Below are positions 1-9,418 of a stretch of 64,000 bases of DNA, in pieces (positions within the stretch are counted from its first letter, which is position 1; each line of letters starts with the position of its first letter). A model generated the notes under the pieces. The model was not told where the DNA came from and made no database searches. It was given only the letters and a program-made list of their open reading frames with translations. Both the position numbers and the translations under genes were made by a program. The stretch comes from Armatimonadota bacterium (GTDB lineage Bacteria > Armatimonadota > HRBIN16), in the NCBI GenBank assembly GCA_026003195.1, contig BPGU01000004.1, positions 70,317 through 134,316 on the forward strand, read 5' to 3'.

Positions 1-28
1 CGCGCCGTAAGGGGTGGTCTTCGCGTGG

Positions 29-1744
29 CTACGCCGCTTCCAGCACGTCAATAGGGGGTGTGTTCGAAGAGATAAACGCTTTGGCGGTCACCTCTTCCAG
101 CGTGGTGATGCCCTGTATCGCCTTCTTGATGCCGTCTTCTGACATTGGTATCATACCCTTGCGCAGGGCGGCGTCGAGAATCTGTTTGCTGGGGGCGTGC
201 TGGATAATCAAAGTGCGGATTTCATCATCCACCACCAGGATTTCATGCACGCTGACACGACCGAAGTAGCCGCGTCCTCCACACATGGAGCACCCTACCC
301 CGCGGTACAGCCTTTCTACGGGGCGACCGATCACTCGAGCCTCTGCGAGGGAGGGTTCGTATGCCTGTTTGCAGTGGGGGCAGATCACTCGCACCAGTCG
401 CTGCGCCACTACCCCCACCAGCGATGAGGAGATAAGAAACGGCTCCACTCCCATGTCCATCAGGCGAGGGATGGCGCTGGCTGCGTCGTTGGTGTGCAGA
501 GTGGAAAGCACGAGGTGCCCGGTCATCGCAGCACGGCAAGCGATTTCTGCCGTCTCCTGGTCGCGGATTTCGCCCACCAGCACCACATCGGGATCCTGAC
601 GCAGGATGGCGCGTAGCTGGGCGGCAAAGGTCAGCCCTGCTTTTTCGTTCACGTTGGACTGGTTGATACCTTCCAGCTCGTATTCTATTGGGTCCTCGCA
701 GGTGATAATATTCCGACTGACAGACCGAACCTCTCGCAGAGCCGCGTACAGGGTGGTGGTCTTGCCCGAACCGGTGGGACCGGTCACCAGGATAATGCCG
801 TTCGGTCGCTGTAGGAGCCAGCGGAAAGTTATCAGGTTGTGTGGCGAAAAGCCCAGCTCATCCAGCCTGCGCAGGCTTCTGTCGCGGTCCAGAATACGCA
901 TCACCACGCGCTCCCCGTGCTGGATGGGCAATGTGGAAACGCGCAGGTCTACCTGTCTGTCTTCCACGCGGATAGTGATGCGTCCATCCTGGGGGATGCG
1001 CCTCTCGGCAATGTCCATGTCCGCCATCACTTTGATGCGCGAGATGCACGCTGCCATCAGATTGCGGGGGATATTGCGCACGTGTTGCAGTTCACCATCG
1101 ATACGATAGCGCACTTCCATGTGCGTGCGACGCGGTTCCAGGTGGATGTCGCTGGCGCGCCCGTTGATGGCTTCCATCAGCAACATGTTCACGATGCGCA
1201 CCACCGGTGCATCTTCTACCGCCTTGCGGAGGTCTTCCAGGTTTTCATCGTCCTCCTCAGGCGTCGCGCTCACCTCGGAGATGGCGTCGTCCAGTGATTC
1301 GGTGCCGAGAGCTTTCTCGCTGTAATGAAAGTCAATCGCCTGAAACAGATTCTCGGGGCTCGTGTAAACAACCTTCACATACATACCGGTATGGCGCTGG
1401 AGCACGTCGATAGCATCCACGTCCAGAGGGTTCTCCATCGCCACGACCAGCTTGCCGTCCTCCACGCGCAGGGGCAACACTCTCAAACTTTTCGCCATCG
1501 CGGCAGACACCTTCGCGATGGCATCGGGCTGTACGCTGTCGGGAGTGACCTTCTCGTAGTCCACATCGTATTGCTCCGCCTGCGCTTCCGCCAGCTGGTC
1601 GGCGTCGATGTAGCCCAAGCGAATCAGAATCTGCCCCAGCATTCCGCCTTCGTGCTGCTGCAGCTGCAGGGCTTCCTCCAGCTGCGAGTAGTCTATATAG
1701 CCCAGATCTACCAGTATCTCTCCCAGCTTACGCCGACCATACAT
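29..1744 (-). CDS. GspE/PilB-family type II secretion / type IV pilus ATPase with N-terminal MshEN-like domain
   Basis: Walker A GPTGSGKT, 'LRAILRQDPDVVLVGEIRD', 'GHLVLSTLH', CxxC...CxxC Zn motif; N-terminal KLGEIL..G / MLGQIL..G repeats; start moved to ATG 1744 behind AAGGA. Confidence 0.93.
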   Translation of the reverse strand: MYGRRKLGEILVDLGYIDYSQLEEALQLQQHEGGMLGQILIRLGYIDADQLAEAQAEQYDVDYEKVTPDSVQPDAIAKVSAAMAKSLRVLPLRVEDGKLVVAMENPLDVDAIDVLQRHTGMYVKVVYTSPENLFQAIDFHYSEKALGTESLDDAISEVSATPEEDDENLEDLRKAVEDAPVVRIVNMLLMEAINGRASDIHLEPRRTHMEVRYRIDGELQHVRNIPRNLMAACISRIKVMADMDIAERRIPQDGRITIRVEDRQVDLRVSTLPIQHGERVVMRILDRDRSLRRLDELGFSPHNLITFRWLLQRPNGIILVTGPTGSGKTTTLYAALREVRSVSRNIITCEDPIEYELEGINQSNVNEKAGLTFAAQLRAILRQDPDVVLVGEIRDQETAEIACRAAMTGHLVLSTLHTNDAASAIPRLMDMGVEPFLISSSLVGVVAQRLVRVICPHCKQAYEPSLAEARVIGRPVERLYRGVGCSMCGGRGYFGRVSVHEILVVDDEIRTLIIQHAPSKQILDAALRKGMIPMSEDGIKKAIQGITTLEEVTAKAFISSNTPPIDVLEAA

Positions 1745-1943
1745 GGATTCTCGTCCTTGCACAAAGTCGTTTCCAGCGTTTTCAGCCCTCCAGCGAATAC
1801 AGGAAGATCAGCCAGGCACTCTGTCCCTTCGCCAAAGCTTCACACCACAGGCAAGCACAGAATGGTTGAGCGTTCTCGTGGCTAGAGCCCCCATAGGATA
1901 TTGTCGGCATCCGGGGGAAACAGGCTCAGTGCGGCAGAGCAGG

Positions 1944-2543
1944 TTACAATTCCCTGCGCCATTCGAGGGCAGAAATCAGCGTTGCCTGATCGGCGTAGTC
2001 CAGGTCGCCTCCTACAGGCATACCGTGCGCCAGCTGGGTGACACGGATGCCCAGCGGTTTGATCAGTCGGGAGAGGTACATCGCGGTAGCGTCCCCCTCG
2101 ATGGTGGGGTTCATCGCGATGATGACCTCCCGAACAGGTTCCGACTGAAGCCTCTGCAGCAGTTCACGGATGCGCAGCTGCTCCGTGCCCACGCCGTCCA
2201 TCGGGGAAATCACCCCTTGCAACACGTGGTACAGCCCGCGGTACTCCTGGGTGCGCTCGATAGCCATCAGGTCACGCACATCTGCCACCACACACAGTAC
2301 GGAAGTGTCACGCGAGGGATTGCGGCAGATAGGGCATAACTCTTCATCGGTGAAGTTGAAGCACCGCTTACAGGTGACGATGCGTTCCTTCACCTCGATA
2401 ATGGCTTCCGCCAGCGTACGCGCTTCCTCGTCGGGCATCCGCAGGATATGGAACGCCATTCGCTGGGCGGACTTGGGTCCCACGCCGGGCATCTTCTCCA
2501 GTTCGCGGATCAGTTTTGCCAGTGGCTTGGCGTATTCCACCAT
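1944..2543 (-). CDS. recR: Recombination mediator RecR
   Basis: MPGVGPKSAQRMA HhH, CKRC..CPIC zinc finger, Toprim 'NPTIEGDAT'; follows ybaB. Confidence 0.97.
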   Translation of the reverse strand: MVEYAKPLAKLIRELEKMPGVGPKSAQRMAFHILRMPDEEARTLAEAIIEVKERIVTCKRCFNFTDEELCPICRNPSRDTSVLCVVADVRDLMAIERTQEYRGLYHVLQGVISPMDGVGTEQLRIRELLQRLQSEPVREVIIAMNPTIEGDATAMYLSRLIKPLGIRVTQLAHGMPVGGDLDYADQATLISALEWRREL

Positions 2544-2882
2544 TTAGAACAGATTCCCCAGGTCGATGTTTGGCATCCCCGGAAGCGATGTCATTCGCCG
2601 TGTCGCTTCGGCAACCGCCTGCTCGCGTGCTTCATTCACAGCGGAAACAATCAGGTCCTGCAACATCTCCACATCGTTCGGGTCTACCACCACCGGATTG
2701 ATTTCAATGGAGATGAGCTCGCCGGTACCATCCACAACTGCCTTCACCACACCGCCACCCACCGACGATTCTACCCGAAGGTTTTTCAGCTCTTCCTGCG
2801 CCTTTTGCATCTGCTGCATCGTCTGCTCCAGCATCTTTTGCAGGTCGCGCGGGTTCGCTCCGAAAGGATTTCGCATTCTCAT
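2544..2882 (-). CDS. ybaB: YbaB/EbfC nucleoid-associated protein
   Basis: 'GGGVVKAVVDG', 'DVEMLQDLIVSAVNEA'; lies between dnaX and recR. Confidence 0.95.
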   Translation of the reverse strand: MRMRNPFGANPRDLQKMLEQTMQQMQKAQEELKNLRVESSVGGGVVKAVVDGTGELISIEINPVVVDPNDVEMLQDLIVSAVNEAREQAVAEATRRMTSLPGMPNIDLGNLF

Positions 2883-4585
2883 CCTCCCTCCAGTTCAATA
2901 TAGCCGTTGAAAGTCTGCGCTACCTCTTGCGCGTATTGTTCAACATCTATCTCCTCATCATCCTGTCTTTGCTGTGTTGTCTGGCTCGCCGAACGAGAAC
3001 CGATGCTCGTTTGCTGCAGTTCACACCGGATGGTCATCGCCCTGCCACCCAGAAAGCGCGAGATGGTCTGCTCCACAAACTGGCGCCGCTTGTCGGACTG
3101 CATCTGGGCGTATGCGAACTCCGTGCGGAACTGCAGAACCACTGTATTCTTCCCTTCTAAGCGCACCGGCTTGGCGTCACGAAGCACCTCTGCACCGCCG
3201 CGACTGCGCTCCGCTACTCTGGCGATAATTTGTTCCCACCTGCCCTGAACCAGCTTCAGCAGTTCGAGTGCGTCGGCTTCTGGCTGCGAGGTCGTCACCG
3301 GCTCGGACGGGGCACTGGCAGCTGCAGGAGCCGACGCAGGAGCTGAAGCGGTGGGTGCGGATGCCTGTCTGGTTTCCTCAGGGCGAGAAGGGAAGGGCGG
3401 GGGAATATTCTCCTTCGCCCTGGCTTCGGTAACTGGCGGTGTCGTCGCGGCGGGTTTTACTGCCGTTTGCCCGCTGTTCAAGGGGGCAGCCGGTTCCGTT
3501 TCCTGTTTCATGCGGGCTATCTGTACCATCGCCATATCCAGAAGCACGCGCTGTTGGGGCACGTTACGCAATTGCGCCTGAGCACGCACGAGGATATCCA
3601 GCATCCCGCTCAGCGTGTCGGGGGTGAAATGCTGTGCCAGTGCTTTGAGCGCGCTCCGTTGTGCCACAGGAAGGCTTTCATCCAGTGCGCCTACCCGGGC
3701 GTACAGCAGATCGCGGACGCGCTGGGCAACTGCCTCCAGCACAGTGCGCACGCTACTCCCACGTCGCAGCATCTCGTCCGCCGCCATTAACGCCTTTGCC
3801 ACATCGCCGCGTGCAGCGGCGTTTATCACTGCACCGACCGCCTCTTCATCCACAATGCCCAGCACCGAGCGCACGGTCTCGTCATCTACATGTCCGCCTG
3901 CATATGCCAGAACCTGCTCCAGCAAGCTCAGGGCGTCCCGGAAGGAACCATCTGCCGCTCGCGCGATGGCTTGCACTGCTTCTGGCTCGGCGGTCAGACC
4001 TTCGCGCTCCAGAACGGTGTGGATGCGGAGAACCAGGTCTTCCAGAGAGGCGCGGCGGAAATCAAAGCGGATACAGCGCGAACGGATCGTGATGGGCACA
4101 CGCTGTACCTCCGTGGTCGCCAGCACAAACACCACATGCGGAGGCGGTTCTTCCAGCGTTTTGAGCAGGGCATCAAAAGCTTTGGCGGAGAGGTCGTGCA
4201 CTTCGTCGATGATGTATACCTTGTACCGCGCCTGCTGGGGCATATACTGCGCGTTCTCGATGATGGTCTCGCGCACGTCGTCGATGCCCGTTTCCGAGGC
4301 GGCGTCCATCTCTATCACGTCCACCGCCCTGCCCTCGCGAATGGCGATGCACATCGCACACCGGTCACATGGGGTAGGAGTAGGGCCCTGCTCGCAGTTC
4401 AATGCCTTTGCCAGCAGGCGCGCTGTGGTAGTCTTGCCCGTGCCGCGCGGTCCGCAGAACAGATAGGCGTGAGCCACTTTGCCTAAGCGGATGGCGTTCT
4501 GCAGCGTCTGGGTCACGTGCTGCTGCCCGATGACGTCTTCGAACGTCTGCGAGCGGTATTTCCTGTAGAGTGCGATGTGTGCCAT
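2879..4585 (-). CDS. dnaX: DNA polymerase III subunit gamma/tau
   Basis: 'ALYRKYR', GPRGTGKT, IIDEVH, 'TIRSRC', Pro/Ala-rich linker and C-terminal tau domain. Confidence 0.97.
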   Translation of the reverse strand: MAHIALYRKYRSQTFEDVIGQQHVTQTLQNAIRLGKVAHAYLFCGPRGTGKTTTARLLAKALNCEQGPTPTPCDRCAMCIAIREGRAVDVIEMDAASETGIDDVRETIIENAQYMPQQARYKVYIIDEVHDLSAKAFDALLKTLEEPPPHVVFVLATTEVQRVPITIRSRCIRFDFRRASLEDLVLRIHTVLEREGLTAEPEAVQAIARAADGSFRDALSLLEQVLAYAGGHVDDETVRSVLGIVDEEAVGAVINAAARGDVAKALMAADEMLRRGSSVRTVLEAVAQRVRDLLYARVGALDESLPVAQRSALKALAQHFTPDTLSGMLDILVRAQAQLRNVPQQRVLLDMAMVQIARMKQETEPAAPLNSGQTAVKPAATTPPVTEARAKENIPPPFPSRPEETRQASAPTASAPASAPAAASAPSEPVTTSQPEADALELLKLVQGRWEQIIARVAERSRGGAEVLRDAKPVRLEGKNTVVLQFRTEFAYAQMQSDKRRQFVEQTISRFLGGRAMTIRCELQQTSIGSRSASQTTQQRQDDEEIDVEQYAQEVAQTFNGYIELEGG

Positions 4586-4588
4586 GGT

Positions 4589-5599
4589 TCACAGGTTGGC
4601 GGAAAGCCATTCCTTGAGTATGCTCACCAGCGCGGGCGCAAGAGGTCGCTGTGGGTTTGTCAACACGTCCTGCGTATCGCCCGTCGCAGCATCCTTGAAA
4701 GCATGAGCTGTCCCTCCGATGACTTTCAACTCCACCTGGCTATTTCCTGCGCTGCGTGCATGTTGCAACAGCAGCTCCCCATCCTGTTTGGGCGATACCC
4801 TCTTGTCCATCTCGCCGTACACCAGCAACACAGGAACCTTCACCAGTTTCAAACGCGCCACCGGGTTTTCAAAGTAGAACTCCTGCAAGTAAGGGCGGTC
4901 GGGCAGCATGAAGTAAGGAGCCACGTCCTCGTGCAGAGGAGGCATCGGCAGGCGATAGTAAAGGGCGGCAATGGCGGTGTCAAAATCCCCCAGTCTGCGC
5001 TGGATTTTATCTGCCGACAAGCCCTCGTTTCGCCATCGTTGCTGGAGGTTTTCGCGCAGGATGACAGCGGGCGTGCGCCCCGGCGGAGCCAGACACACCA
5101 GCACTTTGGGCGGGTCAGGCAGTTCTCCCGCCAGCGCCATCCCTATCAGCGCGCCGTCTTCATAACCCAGCACTCCCACGCGCCTGGGGTCCACCTCCGG
5201 CTGCTGACGCAGGAATTGCAAAGCGGCGGCTGCATCGCGGGCGACCTGGCTCAGGGTGGTTTTGCCCTCTTCTTTCTGGGGTATTTTGCTTGCGCCGACA
5301 CCGCGTTTGTCATAGCGCAGGGTCACATATCCCATCTGCGCCAGCTGCTGTGCCAGCTGGCGATAGAGGTCGGTGTTCAGTCCATCGCCGTTACCGTTGC
5401 GGTCTACCGCGCCGCTGCCGGGGATCATCAGCAGGGCAGGCAACTGGGAGGTACGCTGGGGCACGCTCAGCGTCCCCACCAGCACCACCCCATCGCTCTG
5501 AAAACGCACTTCGCGTTCATCCGCCAGAAGAGCCGTTGCCAGTATCAACGTGATCCCGATACCGACCAGCGCGGAACGCATCCTGTTCATCCACTTCAT
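4589..5599 (-). CDS. Exported alpha/beta-hydrolase-fold protein with atypical nucleophile (GYEDG)
   Basis: Signal peptide, 'PGSGAVDRNGN', 'LRYDKRGVG', Asp in GEMD, His in GTAHAF; the upstream extension in the ORF track overlaps the SRP RNA, so the start is placed at about 5599 (5590 or 5608 possible). Confidence 0.8.
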   Translation of the reverse strand: MKWMNRMRSALVGIGITLILATALLADEREVRFQSDGVVLVGTLSVPQRTSQLPALLMIPGSGAVDRNGNGDGLNTDLYRQLAQQLAQMGYVTLRYDKRGVGASKIPQKEEGKTTLSQVARDAAAALQFLRQQPEVDPRRVGVLGYEDGALIGMALAGELPDPPKVLVCLAPPGRTPAVILRENLQQRWRNEGLSADKIQRRLGDFDTAIAALYYRLPMPPLHEDVAPYFMLPDRPYLQEFYFENPVARLKLVKVPVLLVYGEMDKRVSPKQDGELLLQHARSAGNSQVELKVIGGTAHAFKDAATGDTQDVLTNPQRPLAPALVSILKEWLSANL

Positions 5600-5626
5600 C
5601 ACAGACATCCAAAAACACAGTGATAG

Positions 5627-5903
5627 AGTAGCCGTGCACCTGCCGTTGATGCGCGCCTTCCGGGTGTCGACCTGCGCAGTTGACTCCGGCTGGGTAGGTC
5701 TGCGGCACACGGCGAGCGTGTGGACCGTTGCTTCCTTCCGGACCTGGCGGGGTTGGCACGTCAACCGTTGCGCAGCGCCCAACCATCGACGCCACTTACG
5801 CAGGCACTGCCCACAAGACGCCACCGCGGGCAGGAGTTCACCCCCGCTATAGCGGATTGCGGGTACAGGGCACCGCTAGCTCCCCGGCTAGCACGGCTAC
5901 TCT
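5627..5903 (-). ncRNA. ffs: Signal recognition particle RNA, large (Bacillus-type, Alu-domain) form
   Basis: 5' GCCGTGCTAGCCGGGGAGCTAGCGGTGCCCTGTACCCGCAATCCGC closely resembles the B. subtilis scRNA 5' Alu region; S-domain CCAGGTCCGGAAGGAAGCAACGG; ends pair; upstream of dnaX; exact ends estimated. Confidence 0.93.
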
Positions 5904-5909
5904 ATCACT

Positions 5910-5918
5910 ATTGTAACA
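5910..5918 (-). promoter_or_regulatory. Extended -10 promoter (TGnTACAAT) for the SRP RNA
   Basis: Minus strand TGTTACAAT about 7 nt before the SRP RNA 5' end. Confidence 0.6.
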
Positions 5919-5930
5919 CATCGGGTGAGG

Positions 5931-7286
5931 CTATTCCAGACCCGTGTACTCTACCGCCTCCCCTTTGCCGCTCAGCAACTGCTCGCGCGTGAGCATCAGA
6001 TGCTTGCGCACGCGGCGCACGTCCACCGTATACGTCTTACCGTCCTTGTCCACGGTGGTGACCTTGTCCAGGCGCAGATAGCGTTTATCGGTAATGCCTT
6101 CGCCTCGCCAGCCGATGCGGTCCTGCGTCTGGGGCGGTGCATACAGCGGGTTGAACCGCACCGTGATCACGTAGCGCGGAGCCTTAAAGTTATACATCAT
6201 CGGGTCCTTGCTCATGTCAATCTTGCGCTTGAACTTGCCCTTGATGATGGCTATCTGCTCCTGCATAATGGTCACGTCTGGCACCTCGAAGGTAAACACC
6301 TTCTGCCTCCAGACCTCGCCTGCCTCTTTCTCATCGGTCGGCAGGATGGAGGACTTGTAGCCTTCGTCGCGCAGCACCACGTCCACGCGCCCGGGGCGAT
6401 AATCCATCTTCTGCATCTGTTCGTCAAAGTACTGCCCCAGGTCTACCGTGCCGGAGACCTCGATAATCTTGGGCTCTACCACGCGTACCTTGACGTCAAA
6501 CTTGACATCGAGGGGTGGCTGTGTGTCCGGTGGTTGTTTCAGGTAGCGTCGGTACTGGCGCAGATCCGTCAGGGTGTAGTTGTGCTTCGCAACGTCTATC
6601 TGCACGCGCGCCATGTACTCTTTCTTGTGCTGCTCGTAATAGCGTTCATGTCTTTGCAGGATATCCTGCCAGGCGAGCAGGCACTGGTCAATCAGCCCCG
6701 CTTTCTCCCAAGCGTGCGCCAGCATGTGCCTTCGCGCAGGCGGAATGCCCGGTGAGTACTCGTCCGGGCGGTCCGGGAAATCATACGCCTTCTGGAACCA
6801 CTGGACGGAGTTGTGTGCTTGCTTAATCTTGTCGTACCACATCCAGCCCATCTCGAAGTACAAGTCGTACACATCGGGATTGTTCTCCACGCCCTCTTCC
6901 AGCAGTTTCAGCGCGGCGGAGAGGTAGCGTCGGTCCGAACGCTGTTCAGTGTCGGTGAAGTTGTAGCCGATGTGCCACGCGCCGGTGCTGTACACGTCCA
7001 GATTGTGCGGGTCCAGCCAGGTGACCAGCCGGATGATGGGCAGGATGGCATCGTAGTTGCCCTCGTGGAAGAAGGCGTCGGCACGCACCCACAATGCGCC
7101 TGCCACCACTTCGCGAAAGCCCAGCATGGTGCCGAAGATGTACTCGGTGGGCAGACCGGTCATCTTGCCGAACAGCCCCTGTACCTTCGGCTCAAACTGC
7201 TTGCGATGGGGGTCAATCGCGGTCTGCAGGGCTGCGCTCAGCGCCCATAGCACGAGCATAGCCAGTATGAGCTGCGTTCGTCGCAT
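5931..7286 (-). CDS. Membrane-anchored/exported TPR-like helical protein (PilG/XapA-like N-terminal half)
   Basis: N-terminal hydrophobic helix; 'ALWVRADAFFHEG...LVTWLDPHNLDVY' helical repeats; 2 nt after the ABC permease stop. Confidence 0.75.
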   Translation of the reverse strand: MRRTQLILAMLVLWALSAALQTAIDPHRKQFEPKVQGLFGKMTGLPTEYIFGTMLGFREVVAGALWVRADAFFHEGNYDAILPIIRLVTWLDPHNLDVYSTGAWHIGYNFTDTEQRSDRRYLSAALKLLEEGVENNPDVYDLYFEMGWMWYDKIKQAHNSVQWFQKAYDFPDRPDEYSPGIPPARRHMLAHAWEKAGLIDQCLLAWQDILQRHERYYEQHKKEYMARVQIDVAKHNYTLTDLRQYRRYLKQPPDTQPPLDVKFDVKVRVVEPKIIEVSGTVDLGQYFDEQMQKMDYRPGRVDVVLRDEGYKSSILPTDEKEAGEVWRQKVFTFEVPDVTIMQEQIAIIKGKFKRKIDMSKDPMMYNFKAPRYVITVRFNPLYAPPQTQDRIGWRGEGITDKRYLRLDKVTTVDKDGKTYTVDVRRVRKHLMLTREQLLSGKGEAVEYTGLE

Positions 7287-7288
7287 GG

Positions 7289-8068
7289 TTACACCTCGCG
7301 CCGGTCAAAGATGATGACCGCGATGATCAGCAGCACCGCGATATACAGAACGGCGTAGCCGATGTTCTGGACGTAGTACACCCCTTCATTGATGATGCGT
7401 GTCTCGGGGTGGATAATCTTGTTCTGGACGTTGAAGTTGCCGAACTGGGGCAACAGATAGTGCAACACCGCGCCGATACCCTTCTGGATGATGGTGCGGT
7501 TCTCGCCCTTCATCAGTGACTCGGTCACGCTGGAGAGCGTTCCGACGATGTACACCCCGAGCGACATGAAGAAGTTGACGAAGGGGGTGAGGAACACCGA
7601 GAAGAAAATCGCCAGCGACACCAGAATGCTCATCTGGAAGAAAATCATCATGAAGCCCTTCCAGAGTTCCAGTGCCTGTTTGGGGGTACCTCGCCATGCC
7701 ACAACCGCGAAGAAAACGATGCCCATGAACAGGATGTTGAACAGCATGGTGAGGATTCCGCCCAAAAACTTGCCCAGTACGAACTCGTACCGCTGCACCG
7801 GTTTGGAGAGCACGGTATAAATGGTGCGACGTTCTATCTCGGTGGGTATCAGCGAGATGCCCATCACGATGCAGATGAACATGGAAGCGAGCTGGATCAC
7901 GCCCAGCCCGAGGCTTTTGAGCAGGGTCAGCTCCTCACGCGGAGAGAGGAAGCTGAACAGGGGCGACAAGACAATCAACACCAGTGCCCCGAACAGAAAC
8001 AGCAACACCACACGTCGGCTCAGAGCCTCGCGCACGGTGTTGTAAGCGATCGCCATAACCGCCGTCAT
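7289..8068 (-). CDS. ABC-2-type transporter permease (PilI-like)
   Basis: About 6 TM helices; 'EIERRTIYTVLSKPVQRYEFVLGKFLG'; ends FDRREV; overlaps the ATPase stop. Confidence 0.9.
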   Translation of the reverse strand: MTAVMAIAYNTVREALSRRVVLLFLFGALVLIVLSPLFSFLSPREELTLLKSLGLGVIQLASMFICIVMGISLIPTEIERRTIYTVLSKPVQRYEFVLGKFLGGILTMLFNILFMGIVFFAVVAWRGTPKQALELWKGFMMIFFQMSILVSLAIFFSVFLTPFVNFFMSLGVYIVGTLSSVTESLMKGENRTIIQKGIGAVLHYLLPQFGNFNVQNKIIHPETRIINEGVYYVQNIGYAVLYIAVLLIIAVIIFDRREV

Positions 8069-9009
8069 CTCTTTTCAACCTCCTCAATGGTGGAAACGAA
8101 GAGTTCTTCGAGGGTGCGTCGCTGTGGGGTCAGCGAGCGGATAACTCCATTCGCGCTGCGGATGATGTCTACCACCCTGTTCACCGAGGCGTCGTCCGGT
8201 TGCTGCACCACAATGCGTCCGTCTTGTCGCTGCACCACGCCCCCTGCGTCGCGAATCCTGGCGATGACGCCGTCATCCGAAATGTTCTCGGCAACGATTT
8301 CCACGCGCCCGCTGGGCAACAGCTCGTCCAGTTTGCCCGCCTTCAGCAGCTTGCCGCGGTTGAGGATAGACACGCGGTCGCAGATGAGTTCCACTTCCAG
8401 GAGCTGGTGCGAGCTCAGAAAAACGGTCTTGCCCTGCTGCTTCAGGCGGATGATCAGGTCGCGGATTTCGATGCGCGCCATCGGGTCCAGACCGGATGTC
8501 GGCTCGTCCAAGAACAACAGTTCGGGGTCATTGAGAAGCGCCTGGGCGATGCCAATACGCTGCAGCATTCCTTTGGAATAGTTGCGCAGGGTCTTGTCAC
8601 CGTCGCGCGACAGCCCCACCATATCGAGCAACGCATCCACTTTCTTCTTGCGCTCGCTGGCGGGAATGCCAAACAGTCGGGCGTAGAAATCCAGCACCTG
8701 ACGCCCGGTGAGATACTCGTAAAAGTATGGGCTTTCGGGCAGGTAGGCAATCTGCCTCTTGACGCTCACGTCACCGATAGGCTTGCCGAATATCCAGGCG
8801 TCGCCCTTCGTCGGGAAGATGAGCCCGAGCAGCATCTTGATGGTTGTGGTTTTGCCCGCGCCGTTCGGTCCTAAGAAGCCGAAGATTTCTCCCCTGTATA
8901 CTTCTAGATGCAGATCGTCCACCGCGCGGACCATTTTGCCGGTTGTTTTGTTCAGATACTCTTTGGTGAGACCTTCGATCTTGATGGCTGACTCCATCGT
9001 ACGTGCCAT
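8065..9009 (-). CDS. ABC transporter ATP-binding protein (PilH-like)
   Basis: GPNGAGKT, YSKGM signature, LDEPT; ATG 9009 behind AAGGAGG. Confidence 0.93.
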   Translation of the reverse strand: MARTMESAIKIEGLTKEYLNKTTGKMVRAVDDLHLEVYRGEIFGFLGPNGAGKTTTIKMLLGLIFPTKGDAWIFGKPIGDVSVKRQIAYLPESPYFYEYLTGRQVLDFYARLFGIPASERKKKVDALLDMVGLSRDGDKTLRNYSKGMLQRIGIAQALLNDPELLFLDEPTSGLDPMARIEIRDLIIRLKQQGKTVFLSSHQLLEVELICDRVSILNRGKLLKAGKLDELLPSGRVEIVAENISDDGVIARIRDAGGVVQRQDGRIVVQQPDDASVNRVVDIIRSANGVIRSLTPQRRTLEELFVSTIEEVEKR

Positions 9010-9418
9010 GCCTCCTTTTGGTTGGCGCCCTGAGATATGGGGTTTGTCGCAAAAACCACCGTCGGATAGTATACCGAAAGCCCTGCTCGGTGTCAAACAC
9101 CATCCGCTCTGCAGCAGGGCTCATACAGTATATACGGAAAGCGAGGCGAAAAGGTGCCTCTCATCCCCGAAGGATTCGCGGTTTCGAGCAAAAAACCCGT
9201 GCCTTTGCGAGAGGGAGATGTCCGATTGACGGCTCTGGAGCGGTACGCTAAACTATTTGCGTGGATAATGGACATCAGATTCCTTCTGGTGCGATGGGCG
9301 CGCTCCTTCCTGCCAGAATCTGTAGGGCAATTTTCTCAGCAGGCAGGGAGGAGAAGGTTCGGCAGGAGCCTCGCCCTCCGGGAGGATGATATCGATATCG
9401 GAAAGGAGCGGATATCAG

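Noticed and set aside
3200-3600. Programmed frameshift or slippage site in dnaX
   Set aside because: No A-AAA-AAG heptamer or long A run seen on the coding strand in the linker
4517-5623. 368-aa plus-strand ORF
   Set aside because: Antisense shadow of the hydrolase gene
5600-5824. N-terminal extension of the hydrolase in the ORF track
   Set aside because: Runs through the SRP RNA; the signal peptide begins at about 5599
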